Positions 40,530-55,205 of a DNA stretch of 64,000 nucleotides are shown here, in pieces. A program made the translations under genes and the position numbers. Within the stretch, counting starts at the first letter, position 1, and each line of letters begins with the position of its first letter. The DNA comes from Camelus dromedarius (Eukaryota), in NCBI RefSeq assembly GCF_036321535.1, contig NC_087437.1, positions 106,394,001 through 106,458,000 of the forward strand. Direction: 5' to 3'. The notes under the pieces are model-generated. The model saw nothing but the letters and a program-made list of their open reading frames with translations. It did no database searches and was not told the origin of the DNA.

Positions 40530-40780
40530 TCAATACTTATTGACTGCTTATATGAATGAGACAGTGTTTCAGGTGCTTTTTTGCATAGTAACCCATCAAA
40601 TCTTCCTATTAACCCCATGACAGAGGTACAGCTGCTTCCCCCACTTCAGCGGTGAAGCAAACAAGGCACAAAGGAGGTTAAGGGTCACATAGCTTTGTTA
40701 CAGAGCTGGTCAGGGGGAGAGCAGGAACGAGCAGCCCCACTCCGGCTCCACAGTCCGTTCTCCTGATCACTATGTGAGCC
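40530..40780 (-). mobile_element. MIR SINE remnant
   Basis: acttattgactgctta...aaccccatga...ccccacttcagcggtgaagcaaacaaggcac...gtcacatagct. Confidence 0.6.
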
Positions 40781-43700
40781 CGCCTTTCAAGCAAACTCTA
40801 AAATGGACCATGCTAAAGACTCGTTCTACGAAGTAACCTACAGAGTTTGAAAATGGAGAGGAACAGTAGAATGGTTAGCAGCGAGAATCTGTTCCAGAAG
40901 TCCTCGCCTGGATTTCTGGTTATTATAAGCTCAGATAATATTCTTCTAGGACATACTAATATCCACTCTTTTAATTGTGCTGAAAATCATCCAGATTTAG
41001 CTTACTCAATCTCCGAAATACTGTCCTTGGTTTTTGGCATCACGCGATGCTTTAGCTAATGCCTCAGATGTCGGGAGTAGAAATAGCAAGATAGGCAGGT
41101 CCTGGGTCAGCCTGCTTGGGATTACTGGAAAAAGATTAAAGGTATTAATAAAAAGTTAGGCTTTTGTGACATTCACGGATTCTCGTTCTAAATCCATCCT
41201 TATCTTCTACTAAGATGGATAATTAAATGGTGAATGTGTTCACATGTTTAAAGTTGCTTATCTCATTTAATACCAACATTTCTTTATATGCCTCAGAAAT
41301 ATATTCAGAAATATATTCCTAACTCTCCCCATCCCCCACTCCCAAATCCATAGAGCTTGACAATGAACCCGGTAGCACACTGGCCTTTCACAATGGCCCA
41401 GACCCCTGGAACAAAGCTCCTGGAGGAATAACGAGCCCTAACAGCCCAGGCTAAGCGCTGACCTCATCACTGTCCATGTGAACTCAGATACACACTGTGT
41501 GCGCATCCGTATAAACACCGGCCTTTCCTTCCTAGTGCCGGCGCCTCAGGACACGAGAATTCAGGAGGACATTCAGAAAGACATTCTGCCATCCCTCATT
41601 AAATGAATTACAAGGTTCTGTTTGGTTGATTTATTCGTATAAACGTATTTCTAAGAATCATGCTTAGAAATGAAAGATATAAAAATCAGATTAGTTTTTA
41701 TGTTGGAGCAGATAAATCATACCAAATAAAACGGCAGTTAGGTCGACACTTCACCAACAAATGCTATTTTAGTTAAGAAAGAAAAATAGATAACATTTCT
41801 CTGTACTTTTATATTTTCATTTGCTTTAGTTAAAAAAAAAAGGAGTTCTGCCTTTGGTATATGATTCATGCATATTTCATTTGAATACAGAAATAATTGC
41901 CTTTATCATTTTTAGCCAGAGCACAGAATTTCCAAGGCTTAAAACTAGTTACTCCTAGAGCTACCTCCTGGATTGCAGAATAACAAGGAACCTCAACTGT
42001 TTAGGGAATTTTATTTCATTATGCGAGGAGAAAGATGAATTTCTTAAAATTTTAATTAAAAACACAGAAACATTCATACAGAAATGATTGAAAAAAATAC
42101 CTGGTATCTCCATAGAAATATATTCTCTTAAAGTAACTGCTATTTCTATTGTTATAATCCCTACATTTAAGACAGGATTATTCATTTGATTTAGAAAAAC
42201 AAGCTTAAGAATTCAGCGGCTCATAAGGACATTGACAGTAAGTAGAGATTTTAAGAAGCGTGTTTTTAACCTCTATGCATATAATTTCAACCATTCTCAA
42301 GTCTTTACATCTTCTGTAACTAGTAATAACATTTTTGTTCTGCCAAATTCCCCCAATTTCACAATATAGATATTCTACGTATTAAGACTGCAGTCTGGTT
42401 ATATTGTCATTGAATGGCTAATCTTATTATTAAAATTTATAGCAAAGAACAGAGATAATAAAAGGAAAAGATCTGCCCCAGGGGGACTAATTATAGCCAA
42501 TCCTTTTTTATTGTCGTGACTGTCTCTGAAAGAGTGTTTAGCCCATAATTACAAAGTATCTATTTGCATCAGATGTGGCACTTTTCAATTTGTATTAAAT
42601 TCACTTCACAATCACACTGCATTTAAAAAAAGTCATTTCAAAGAGACGTTTCTTAAGGGATTAAGAGTAGACCTACTAAAATGGATTACACTTGACCTGA
42701 AAATAGAAGATTTACATTTTGGAACATTAACCATTTCCCTTTCTTGGAACAAGAGCATAACAGCTCTCTAGCTCTTGGCACAGCTCCTGGCACAATTTGG
42801 TTGCTCAAAAGTGTTAATTAAATTAATGAATAATCTAGAGTTAAATGTAACTGCACAAGGAGTTCCAGGAGCAAAATATAACATTCACGATATCTGAGCT
42901 GAAAACAAGCATCTCTCAAGCAAGAAGAAACGCATTCCCAGTCTTTGTGGTATCCACTGACCTACCCACCCAGTGTGCTGGGGTCCTTCAGGGAGCTATT
43001 TTAACGGCGAGCTCTTCCCAGAAAACATTTAATAGACTCTACCGCAGGCTCAGACTAGCAATGACAAGGTTCATTCATTCATTTCAAAAGATGTCATGAC
43101 TTGTCTTCCTGTGACTTGGGTTTTGATGTCAGAATGATGAAGGTAATTTTGAAGGAAATTTCCTGGCCTTACTCTATAAAAGGTAATCAAAAAAATAAAA
43201 CAAAATTCACGTGCCCACTTCTCAGCTGCACCGTCCTTTTCACTTGGCTCTTTTATGCAATTTCATAAATTTGGTGTCTTTGGATCGACCACACCCATGT
43301 GACTGACTGGATGCCAATCATGTCTGAATGGGTAGCTTTCCACTCCACAGGTCATGCAGGAGGTATATTAAAACATGAGTGTTCAGCCCCGGTGTGTCCC
43401 CATCCGTAGCTTTATGCTTGACATAGAAACCTGGCATCTTGTAACAGACACCTGTGCCTGAAACCATCTCCTAATGAGATGGAATGATCTGTCAAGAGCC
43501 TTTAAAAGCCCTATGGCATAATCCTGCCAAGAAGAAAGAAGTAAATGAGTCACTTTAGGGGGAGCACCCTAACCTTTCCAGGTCACAAGGGATTTATTCA
43601 GAAAACCTTTTCCTGGAGCAGTAAATTGCAGAGTGGTTTCCAACCCTGTGGCTGGGGAAGTTAATCACCCACCAAGAAAAAGCAATTCTCTTGTTTTCAC

Positions 43701-44886
43701 AAGGAGATTCAGGGTCCTTACATTCACAGTTCTCCACCTTGGATTTTGAGAAATCTAGAGCACATCAATTTAAATTGTACAAAAATCTCTGTCCGCAGAT
43801 TAAAAAAAAAAATTTAAAGAGAGTGAAACCTCTTTCTGCTTGAGATGGTCTCAGTTGAGCTGATTTTTCCACAGTGGACCTCCCTCACCATTTCACATGC
43901 ATGCTCATCTTTGCAAGAAAAATTTGCAACAAGCACACAAACCAAACCCCCAACATCTGGGGAAGCTTCCATGGAACCTTTGGATCACCTCTGTGCTGGT
44001 CTTTAAAGCTAGGAGTTGAGCTACATTTTTAAAGTCCACTGCAAAATTCACGCATATGCCTTTCTTCGGAAAAGCACATCAATGATTTTTGTAGTTTAAT
44101 ATGAGTATAAGAAGGCAAATGATAAATAATCCTATGCCAAGTTGAACACAGAAGTCTTGAAGAAGCAACAGAGGAAATGGGGGGAGATTTACATGCCGGC
44201 CCCTTTTCAGTGTTTCTCAGGGTTTGGGGATATGGAAGCATTAGATACAGCCCTTCTCAGCATATCCAGATTCCTGTATGGCTCTGACTCTGTGCCGTAC
44301 ATAGTGGTACCCAGACAAAGCCATCTCCCATCCCTTCCGTCCTCCACAAGGAAGCAGATGACCTCCTAACAGGGACATGGCACCAAAGCCTCCATATAGT
44401 CTATCCTGACAATCTCTCTCTTCTTTGGGAGAAAGATGTCTTCCTATTTCACAATCTCATCTCAACCTTCAATTAGTCCATTTGTTTTTCTAATTATGGC
44501 TAACAAAAAGCTAGAACAATGTTAATTGTAAAAGAGTAGAACAATTAACCCCCAATTTGCAAGTGGACGAGAAAGAATCCTTCTAATTAAATCACTCGTT
44601 CCAAGTTACAAGATGGCAAACCTGCGAATTACAGACAGGTGTTTTCACACTGGTATAAAATAGAGGAAAACCCTTAATGGTTTTAATCCTTTCATTCACA
44701 AATGAGGGGCCTCTGGACTTTTTGTCAAATCTGGTAGGTTTCACAGTTTTTTTCCTGAGATATTTTGCTAGTTCCCAGAAACAATTTATTTTGGTTACTG
44801 GGACATAATAAGAGATACAAGTTTGGTCTCTGCCCCGAGGCCCTGATACAGAGCTAAAACTTGTAAAATTCGGTGGCAGAAGCATC

Positions 44887-45629
44887 TGTTGTTATAATAT
44901 ATGGTCTTAGTCTTTGGTTCCAGACACAAGAGCTTATTAGACCCTTGGAGTGATAAGAATATCCTTTTTTAGAATATGAATACAAATACATGTATGTATA
45001 TGCAGACTGGGACATTGTGCTGTGCACCAGAAATTGACATATTGTAACTGACTATACTTCAATTAAAAAAAAGGAAAACATCTTTTTTGTATGCTGACGA
45101 GGTGACTTTGGAGGATGGGAACTGGTTGCTACAGGAACCAACTTTGGGATTAGAGGCTTAGAACTTTCAGCCCCATTATCTGACCTCCAGGGAGAGGAGA
45201 GGGGCTGGAGACTGAGTTTAATCACCACCAGTGGCCAATGATCTAATCATTCATGGCTACCTAATGGAACCTCTATAAAAAAACCCAAAAACAATCTGGC
45301 TTCCATTGGCTGTTCTCCAGTTTTATCCTTTACAATAAACAGTAAGTAAAGCCTTCACCCTGTGAGTTGTTCTAGTAAATTATCAAAGCTGAAGAGGGGG
45401 GTCATGGGAAGTCCTGATTTATAGCTGTTCCATCAGAAAATATAATTTTTGACTGGCTTCTACAGCAGGGGGCAGTCTTGTGGGACTGAACCTTTAACTA
45501 GTGGTGGTGGTGGGGTCTATGCTAACTCTAGGTAGTTAGTGTCAGATTTGTTTAATGTGAGGGAACACCCTACATACACTTGGTGTCGGAGTACTCAGAG
45601 TAGAGGAAATAGTTCTTCCTTCAGTTACA
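44887..45629 (+). mobile_element. MER21-like ERV solo LTR containing a short young L1 3' end (about 44971-45075)
   Basis: Homologous to 6832-8214 (gaggtgactt, gattagaggcttagaactttcagcccc, ggccaatgatctaatca, ctgatttatagc, gggaacaccctacata). The L1 insert is flanked by an imperfect TSD aatatcctttttt / aacatctttttt. Confidence 0.75.
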
Positions 45630-46210
45630 AAGACCACAGCGATCCATCAGTGAAGACAGCCTGCAGAACTCTGGACCTGGCCCAAACCCCAGGATGTATG
45701 CTTCTGGACCAGCTTTACCATCTGTTAGACACATAGCTTGGATCTGCTGACCAGAGAGCAAAGAGGGGCCAGAAATTGTTGGCACTTGTATGTCTTCAAT
45801 GCTAGTTTAGTCAAGCAGTGAAACATACAGAAGTCCTTAACGATGAACTGGATTATTAACGCAACCCAGAAGGCAAAGCCCACAGGGATGAGGAAGAAAT
45901 GGTAAACAAAAGATGTTTTAAAATACCACAGACTATTGGAAAGATTTGTCAAATGGTCTGATCATCTGACAAATGCCAACGGTGACATACTCTTGACTTA
46001 AGAGAGAGTTACAACAATATGCTTCACTTTTGTATATTCATACTTAGGTTTTGGCATTTTTGCTTCATGAATTCCCTAAGTGGCTACATCATTTTCAAAG
46101 ATAGGCACGTGTATATTTCTTTTAATTTCACCTGCTTCTCACACTCTACCTAATCACAGTGCCTTGACCTACTAGAAACATTAATAGAAGAAAACTCAGG
46201 ATAAAGCTTG

Positions 46211-47299
46211 TGCCGGGAAGGAATAAATTTTCTTCTACCCTTCCGGGTTCCTCTGACTTGTCTAAGGATTAAATTGACATGAGACAGATTAACAGAAGAA
46301 AATCAAAGTTGAATCATATGTATGCATGTGAGAGACCCAGAAAAACTGAATAACTCACCAAAATGGCTGAAACTCTCAACTTAAATACCATCTTCAGCTA
46401 AAGACAAAAGAGGATGTTAAGGGGTAGCAGTTTGGGACTTCAAAGGGGAGGAAGGCAGTTGACATGGAAAGAGAAAAGGAAATGCTTGCTGGGCCACATG
46501 GACACAATGGGACACAGAGAGGAATTTTAACAGACTTTGCTAGATTCCTCCCTGTCTACATGCCTAGTTCATACTGTAGTTACTATGGTGACAGCTCCCT
46601 TCCTGGAACAGGTCCTCTATGTTCTTTTAGGCAGTTATGGGGAAGGCCAAAGGTTCTGTCAGTTAGGTAGTTAGATAAGTGGGGGCACCGGGCAGATAGG
46701 TGGAGGAGAGGGAGGATGGTCTGGAATACAGAGTTATGCTGGCCTCCAGCATAAAGGGACTTTACTTCTAAATGAGGGCCAGCAAGAAACCGGTTAGAAC
46801 CCGACAGGCACGACTGCGCAGTAGCAGAAAGGACTTAACCGGACACGACCCAGTGCCCATTGTATTATAATTAACACTGTGGTTTAGGCCCCCATGGAGT
46901 TTTTCTGTGTACACCATGGGTAAGGACATGCGCAAAAGGGGCCAAACATGACTAAGCACTCCAGGGACAAGAGCTGTCAATCAAAAGACCAACTCTCAGC
47001 GAGAGTGTAAGAGAAAGGGGAGGAAAAAACCACTGCTTTCCCTCCCTTGGATCAGCCAGCCTCCCATTCCTGGAGGTGTACTTTTCCTTTTCTAAATAAA
47101 TCTTTCAAAATCTTTAGCTACACAATGTCAGCACCATCTCCCGACTGTAAACTTACCTTTTGGGTATGTTAAGAACTGAGGTCTTTACCTTTTGGGGTAA
47201 CAGTTCTTTCTGAGTCTTTTGGGCCTTAAAAATTATCAGCCTAAATTAATCTTCAAGCCAAGGAGACATTTTTGGGGTGGCAAATTTTGCTCCCCTACA
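46211..47299 (-). mobile_element. ERV1-class solo LTR (MER34/MER39-like), interrupted by a second LTR
   Basis: TG...CA ends; end sequence gagacatttttggggtggcaaattttgctcccctaca is typical of this group. The sequence is continuous once 46657-47206 is removed. Confidence 0.65.
46657..47202 (+). mobile_element. Nested ERV1-class solo LTR (546 bp)
   Basis: Termini tgtcag...gtaaCA, AATAAA near 47095, and a perfect 4-bp TSD gttc at 46653-46656 and 47203-47206. Confidence 0.85.
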
Positions 47300-48829
47300 C
47301 TTACAAAAATTCAATTATAACCCAGGATCTTTTAACTGATCCATGGATGAACTTCATAAAATGAGTGAATTCCTTGATGCCCATGTGTAACTTTGCACAT
47401 GCATACATGTTTCCAGGGAGAAGACCCTTGTTGCTGCCTGTTCTGTAGGACAGATTTTGTAAGGCCAGACAGTTAAGTAACCACTGGATCATCAAATAAA
47501 GTGCTATGCATTTGTCTAAAAAACTAAATATTTATGTCTTCATAATGGGTTTTCATTTTCAAGAATGAACGAAAATAGGTATTGACATACAAATGTGTAT
47601 ATGCAACTTTCACTAGAATGAAATATGACATGCCAGGGCTGTAGGTCTGACAGCATCGGGTGAAGGGCTATTTAGACTTTGAAGACAGTGCCTAAGTGGG
47701 GCTCCGGCGTGGAGGGAATCTGGCTGATGCATATGGTCTCAGAGGAACAGGGCAGCTTTCAAGCTGGTGCCTTTCCTATATACTTCTTACTCTTCTTTTC
47801 ACTTAATTCAATAAAAAACAGAAAATGCTAAGTGTCTCTGGTTTCTTATACCCCACTGGTCTTTAGTGAGATCTGTCTATCCAGCTTGGTAAAGATTCAA
47901 AGCAAGGTAAGAGGTAATACTGAGAGCCTTTTCTGAAATAGCAAGCAAACCACACAGCTTAGTTTGTTCAACAAATGCTGATTCTCCCGTTTGTCTTTCC
48001 GCCCACTGTTTGATACTATCTGTCCTTAAAAACTCTCAGATTAATGAGTCCTCTCGTGCTCACCAATTTTTACAAAGCTCAAATAAAACTAAATGAATGA
48101 TGAATGAATGAATACTAAAAACATAAGGTACAGAATAATTATTTATATTTCTCAAAGATGATTTTCAACCTGGCAGTCTTTTAAGTACATTCCAAAATGG
48201 CTTGACAAAATTTTGATTATATTCAAAACTTGACAGTAGACTGTCTTAAACATCTTAGTATTTATCTCTCTCAGTGCCATCACATATTAAGATGTCAGCA
48301 AATAATTTTTATTTTATTTACTATCCATTATATTGAGGTGGAGTTGTAGCATATTTACCTTGGAGATATATGCTATCTAAATATGTTCTACAAATGCTTC
48401 TTATTTCTTGCAACCAAAAGTGATTAGCAGAAAATTAAGGGTTGCAGGGAGAAGGGCAGTTAGCAACTACCATATAAAAACAAAAACAGGGTTAGGATCT
48501 CAATTTCTTTTACTTTAGAAAACTTATAGTTACGGTAATATTCAGGTTGGCTACAGATTGATTTAGTTGGTACCTCCTCATGCTGTCACTGGTTTGCCTA
48601 CCACAACACACCAATTAACTGCTGTCTTTTATTTTTCTCCAATGATTACTGCTTCTAATTGAAAATGTATTGCCCTGCTGTTAAAGTTCACCAAATAGCA
48701 TTGAGCAAAATCTCAAGTTAGGGATAAAATCATACTCCTTAATGGCAAGTCTCACAAATGATTCTACTAACGAATTAAATGAAGACATTTTCAGGAATAT
48801 CAAGAAAATATAACATTCTGCTGAATGTA

Positions 48830-49548
48830 TCTAATACACTGTTCATGGGAATGTAAATGGGTGCAGCCACTATGGGAAACAACGTGGAGGTTCCTTAAAA
48901 AATTAAAAATAGAACTAGCATACAACCAGGAATTCCACTCCTGGGTATTTCTCTGAAGATAACAAAGATGCTAACTCAGAAAGATATATGCATTCCAATG
49001 TTCAAAGCATTATTTATAAAAGTCAAGATATGGAAGCAACCAAAGTGTCAACTGCAGATAATTGGATAGAGAAGATGTGGTACACACACACACACACACA
49101 CGCTGGAATATTAGCCATAAAAAGAACGAAATTTTGTCATTTGTGACAACATGGATGGACCTGGCGGGTATTATGATTAGTGAAATAAATCAGACAAAGA
49201 CAAACATTGTATGTTTTCACTTACTTGGGGAATCCAAAAAACAAAACAAACGAACAAATATAACAAAAAAGAAACAGACTCACAGATACAGAGAACAAAC
49301 AAATGGTCACTAGCAGAGGAAGGGAAGGGGAGGGAAGGAAGGGAAATCTGTGAGGGGATTAAAAGGCAGAAATTTCCAGTTATAAAATAAACAAGTCACA
49401 GGGATGTAATGTACAACATGGGAAATGTCGTCAATAGTATTATAATAACTTTGTATGGTATGCAATCTATCAAATTATTGAATCACTATGTTTTAGACCG
49501 GAAACTAATATTAAAGTCAACTAAAAAAAAAAAAAAAAAGAAAAAGAA
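48830..49548 (+). mobile_element. L1 ORF2 C-terminus and 3' UTR with poly(A), decayed
   Basis: gggaatgtaaatgggtgcagccactatgg...aattccactcctgggtatt...caacatggatggacct; A-tail at about 49523-49548. Confidence 0.88.
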
Positions 49549-50530
49549 ATGAGAAAGGAAAGGGTGCAGGTGCTAAAGAAACTGCCTTTTTTTTTTGACT
49601 CAATTAAATGTTGAGAGTCTGTGTGAAGCATCAGATAAAAGCATGAAATTAATTTTGGTATTGATAAGATGGCTGCAATTCAGTAATCAGTATCTACATT
49701 CAGTCTGGATAAGATGTCTCCTAAGACACTAGAAAAAAACACAAGACCACACTCCTGGGACACAGACACACAGACAGAGAGAAAGACAGACATGAACATG
49801 TTTCTAAATTCTGACTTCTGCACAGAAAATACTGAAAAGTTGTTGAAGTCAGGATGATAATTAGGATGGTGTCTAATGGAAGAGTATCTGTAAAAAAAAC
49901 ACCAAAAATCTTAGAATCGCAAAGAAAGCTTTGGTTTTTCATCCCTCATCTTTAAAACATTTCAGTTCTTACTAACTGGCTCCTAAGTTTTTCCAGACCT
50001 AAGCCTACAATGGAAAGTTTAAACAGAAATTCCTCTGCAGCCTTCAGTTTCTCTGTACAGGATCCCACTTAGGTCTAATTTCTCTTCAGATCATAGAGGA
50101 CGCTGAACAGTCGGGCAATAGCATCATCATGACATCATCATCATTTCTCCATCTATGACGTAGACCCTGCCATTTACAAGAGGGAAGGCTCAGATATGAT
50201 TTAACTCATTATTTCATGAAGCTTGAATCTGAGCTCTGTGAAAGCAGGAAGCCAGAGTCCTGTGCTTGATGATAATAATTTAGTTTAAAAGCAATACTTG
50301 TATTTGGTAGTTTAAAGGCCTCCAACAGTGAGGGAACTTTAACCATGTGTGCTGCAACTCTGGGGAAGAATTTATCTTTTCTGGGGGAAAAAAGTACAAT
50401 TCCTTGACGTTTTTCAAGGAAACTTTGAGAAAAGTGAAAAAATTGAAGAGCTTGTCCTCAGAAGAGTCACTAGCTCTCTATAGATTACAGATTAAGAGTT
50501 TGTCCTGAGGGCAAACATACAACTGCCTTA

Positions 50531-51390
50531 ATCAAAACTGCAATGAGGTATTACCTTACACCAGACAGAATGACCACCATTAAAAAGTCCACAAATGATA
50601 AATGCTGGAGAGGTGTGGGGAAAAGGGAACTCTCTTACACTGTTGACGGAAATGTAATTTGGTATAGCCATTATGGAAAACAGTATGGAGATTCCTCAAA
50701 AAAACTAAAAATAGACTTACCATATGATCCAGCAACCCCATTCCTGGGCATATATCTGAAGGGAGTTCTAACTCAAAAAGATACATGCATCCCAATGTTC
50801 ATAGCTGCACTAATTACAATAGCCAAGACATGGAAGCAACCTAACTGTCCATTGACAGATGACTGGATAAAGAAGTTGTGGTATATTTATACAATGGAAT
50901 ACTACTCAGCCATAGAAAGAGTAAAATAAAGCTATTTGTAGCAACATGGATGGACGTAGAGATCATTATTTTAAGTGAAGTAAGCCAGAAAGAGAAAGAA
51001 AAAATACCATATGGTATCACTCATATGTGGAATTAAAAAAAAAAAAAAAAAAAGGACACAAATGAACAAAACAGAAACAGACTCACAGACAGAAAACAAA
51101 CTTACGGTTACAGGGTGGAAAGGGGGTGGGAAGGGATAAATTGGGGTTCAAGATTTGCAAATACTAACTACTATATATAAAATAAATAAAGAACAAAAAT
51201 ACATAAATAACAAGTTTCTTCTGTATAGCACAGAGAACTATATTCAAATTTATCTTGTAGAAACCTATAATGAAAAAGAATATGAAAACAAGTATGTGTA
51301 TGTATATGTATGACTGAAACATTATGCGGTACACCAGAAACTGATACAACATTGAAAATTGACTATACTTCAGTTAAAAAGAAAAGAGAT
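50531..51390 (+). mobile_element. Young 5'-truncated L1 (ORF2 C-terminal 128 codons still open, plus 3' UTR)
   Basis: ORF 50543..50929 (MRYYLTP...CWRGVG...[11 protein letters not shown]...TWKQPNCP...WIKKLWYIYTMEYYSAI) is the L1 ORF2p cysteine-rich C-terminus. TSD core aactgcctta at 50521-50530 and about 51397-51406. Confidence 0.92.
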
Positions 51391-53149
51391 ACACCTAACT
51401 GCCTTATAGTTTTTCTTATTCCTGGGAAGGGTGGCAAGGCAGACATGCACAGTTTTAGCTATAGCAATATTTGAAATATATTTATGTATAGATACATACA
51501 CACATAAATTCTAAGTATGATTCAAACACTGCACTTCCAGGCTGGCCATTCAGTATACCAGTCAGTAGGCAAGTAATTAATCAAAAAGGAAACCTGGAAC
51601 CAAGAGCACATACAGACATGGACACTCACAAATGAAATTCATGGTAGAGCAAGGAATTCTAGCTGCACAAAAACATCATCACATCATACTTTCATGCTCA
51701 GGTTGAAAAAAAAGTGACCGTATGGATTAAACCTAAGCTTCAAAGCTTTGTGAAAACAATCCACATTATTTCAGATTCCCACTGGCGAAGTCTGGGACTC
51801 TTTGGTAGAACGTGGTCAGGGTTAAGTTGGTAATTATTCTGAAGGTGATATCAGCTAGAATCTGTAGAAAAAAAACACTTGACTAATTCATTTTCTTATA
51901 TTCAACTAACATTTACTAAATATTCCATATTTTCCAGGCCCTGGGTTAAGAATGAGGGAGATTTCAGAAATATTTATTTATGGCTCCAGTGTAAGACATG
52001 ACCTTCCTCAGACAGTTACAGGCAAGCTCTAGATTTATGTCTTTCAACAGCAATATATAATAAAATCCCTTGAGAAGGGATTTAGAATTTTCGCCCATTT
52101 TTCAAAGTGCAGAGCTACGTGCCATGTCAAGCTGTATGTTAAAACTCAAACAAAACACTCAAAGACAGTAACTCAACAAAAATGGCAGATCATGCCAAGA
52201 TTGCAGGTCTGTGACTACCTGGCCCCAGTTTTCATTACATGAGAGAGTTTTATTCATTTCTAGGCAAGAATTCAACAGGAATCCTTGGATAAATCAGCAA
52301 TAATCTGATTTTTTTGACAGTAAAATCGTTCTTCTTAATCCAGTTTTTAATTTTTATTTCAAATAAACATACTGTCTAACTCTACATGGAGTGATCAACA
52401 GACTCAGGGCAAGCACGATTATGACCAATCTGAAATTACCCCTTTGGTGACACGTGAAGCTTTGGCAGACATTCTTCTTGTCACCGTCTTTCCCGTGATG
52501 GCTGATGGGACTGAACTGAAAGATCTGGAATGTGCATTTGTTAAAGACTCCATTTAGTCCTCATCTTATTTTTAGCTCCATCAATGACCAGTTTGGCAAA
52601 GATCTTACTTCAGAGATTGGACTTTCAGCCGAACACTTCACTAAATGACAGCTATTAAGATTCTCAACGCCCACCACCCTGCCACGTTCTGGGCAAATGA
52701 TGCTGACGGCTCCGCCCCCCAAATCACATCCTCTAGAAAAAGAGAGTAAGCAGGGAACTCATTCTCCAAAGAGACATAAACAGAATTTTACCGAGCAGTG
52801 CTGGGACAGAGATTTTTTTCTGAATAGAAAATCAAAATGCTAATGTGAACATTCTTTTTCAAAAGCTTTTTGTTCAGAGAGGAAGCCTGGTCTGGTAAGA
52901 CGGCACTGCAGTGGTCAACTGTGACTCACAGCTCCACCCTGCCCATTACGGGTGGTGTCACCCTGGACCAGACACTCAATTGCAGTGATGTCATGAAAAG
53001 AATAGGCTCAGTACTATTCCGCTGTCTGGAAGAGCACCAGAAGCTTTTTTATGGTTCCTCAGAGCTTTCTGCACTGAACCTTAGTATAGAAAGAAAAATC
53101 AGAGTGATGAGGAGAATCAGTGCATGTGGGTGACTTTTTGATTTAGTTA

Positions 53150-55205
53150 TATCATGTACACACAGATGCCACTATCAGCCAATGTCGAACAGTGGGAACC
53201 AGATTTACTTTGCTGCCAGCAAGAACCAAAAAGTGGACAACATATATAGAACTGTATATATATATGTATATATATTTCTGCAAGATGTAAGACATCAGGC
53301 GAAGGACAGAGACCACTGAAACATATGCAGTGAGCTCTATGATTGGCCAAGCTTACTGTCTTGAGTCTCCAGGCTGTGGCTCCAGGCGTAGGAACCCAGG
53401 CAGAGAGAGCCTGGTAAATTCCAGAGAGCTGAAGATATGGCTTGAGAATATGGAAAGATGAAGGTGGCTGGTGGTCACAGGAAAGAGTACTGGAGAGAAA
53501 GGAGTTGCTTGGAGAGAGAACCCAGAGATTTTCAGATAACGCCCTATGAGGGTGTAGCTAATAACCAATGCATGCTCCTGAAAGAAACTTAGGCCACAAG
53601 AAAAAAATTATCCAAAAAGATTTGAGGTAACAGGATCTGGTGCTCATACAGAGTCAAGAATAGTACCTGTTCCCACCATTCAAACATCCAAACAGAGTAA
53701 CTCAACACTCACGGTAGCATCTTCCTTCAGTATTGGGGAACAACCAGCCACAGGCTGGTAACTGCTTTGTTTCCACATTATTTAACTGCATTACAGCACA
53801 AAGCTCAAGCACAGTTACAGGTATAATGTACAACAATATCCAGTGCTCAACACTGTCTGACAGCCAGTCAAAAAATTCCAAAGGTTTAAAATTAAGTAAA
53901 GGTACGGAAGATAGGAAACAAACAAACAAAAATTCAGATTGAACTTCCAGATAGGAAAACTATAATGTATGACCTGAAAAACAGCCAGATGGGCTTAATG
54001 TCAGACTGAAATACACCAGGGCACCTCATCATCAAATTGGTCAAAACTAAGGATACAGAAAAGGCCCTAAAAGCAGTCAGATTAAAAAAAGATACGTTAT
54101 TTACAGAGACATAAAGAAAAGGATGATATCAGTATTCTTGTTGGAAATAATGCAAATAAGAAGACAATGGAGCATCATCACTAAAGTAGCTGAAGAAAAA
54201 AATTTCATCCCAGAATTCTGTCCCAGTAAAAATGTCTTCCAAAACAAAGGTGAAATAAGGATATTTTCAGACATAGCTAAGCAAAAAGAATTCTTTATTA
54301 CTCTGAATGCATTAAAAAAATTTTAAAGAAGTCCTCTGGGTAGAAGAAAAATGATTCCAGATGGATTTACATAAAAAATGAAGAACACCAGAAATGGTAG
54401 CTATATAGGCAAATAAATATTTTTATTATTTAAAACTCTTTAGAAGATAATTATTTTAAAAAATAACAATAATGTAGTATGGAAAAAAGTATGACAAAAA
54501 GAGCCTAAAGGTTAGGAAAGGGGAAATGAAAGTACTGTATTGTAAGATTCTTGTAATATTAGGGAGATAGTATAACATCATTTGTACTGGTGTGATGTCA
54601 TTGTGAGAAGTTAAAAATGTTTCCTACACCAAAATAATAAAGAGTTAACACTAAGAACCAACAAAAGACACAAAATAGGATCATAAAAAATATTCAATTA
54701 ACCCAAGAGGTGGCTGAAATAAAAAGAAAACAAAGGGAACAAAGAACAGATGGGACAAATAGAAAATAAACAGCAAGATGATCGATTCAGGCATAATCAT
54801 ATCAATAACTTCATTAAATGGTCTTTTCAATGAAAGGGCAAGACCCAAGTTTATGCTACCTACAAGAAATGTACTTCAAGTATAAAAATGAAAAAGCGAA
54901 ACAAAAGCATAAGGATGGATACATGATACACTATGGTACATTAATCACAAGAAAGCTTAATTAATATCAGATATAGCAATTTTAGAGCAAAATATATTAC
55001 TAGGGATAACAAGAAGGTCATTTCCTAATGATAAGAGGGAGGGGGTGAGAAAGGACATAACAAGACTGAATGCTTATGCACCTAAAAACAGAGCCTTAAA
55101 ATACACAAAGCCAAAGCTCATGGCATCACATGAGAGAGACCAATCCATGATTGCAGTCAGAGATTTCAATACCCTTCACTCAATAACGGATAGAACAAGT
55201 AGACA
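53150..55205 (+). mobile_element. Ancient L1 fragment (ORF1 3' half, inter-ORF region, start of ORF2 endonuclease), heavily decayed
   Basis: cacctcatcatcaaattgg...aaaggccctaaaagcagtcaga, aaaacaaaggtgaaataaggatattttcaga and gagatttcaatacccttcactcaataacggatagaacaagtagac. The left boundary is uncertain. Confidence 0.7.

Noticed and set aside
50543..50929. 128-aa ORF as an independent gene
   Set aside because: It is the C-terminus of L1 ORF2p in a 5'-truncated insertion with no promoter or RT domain.
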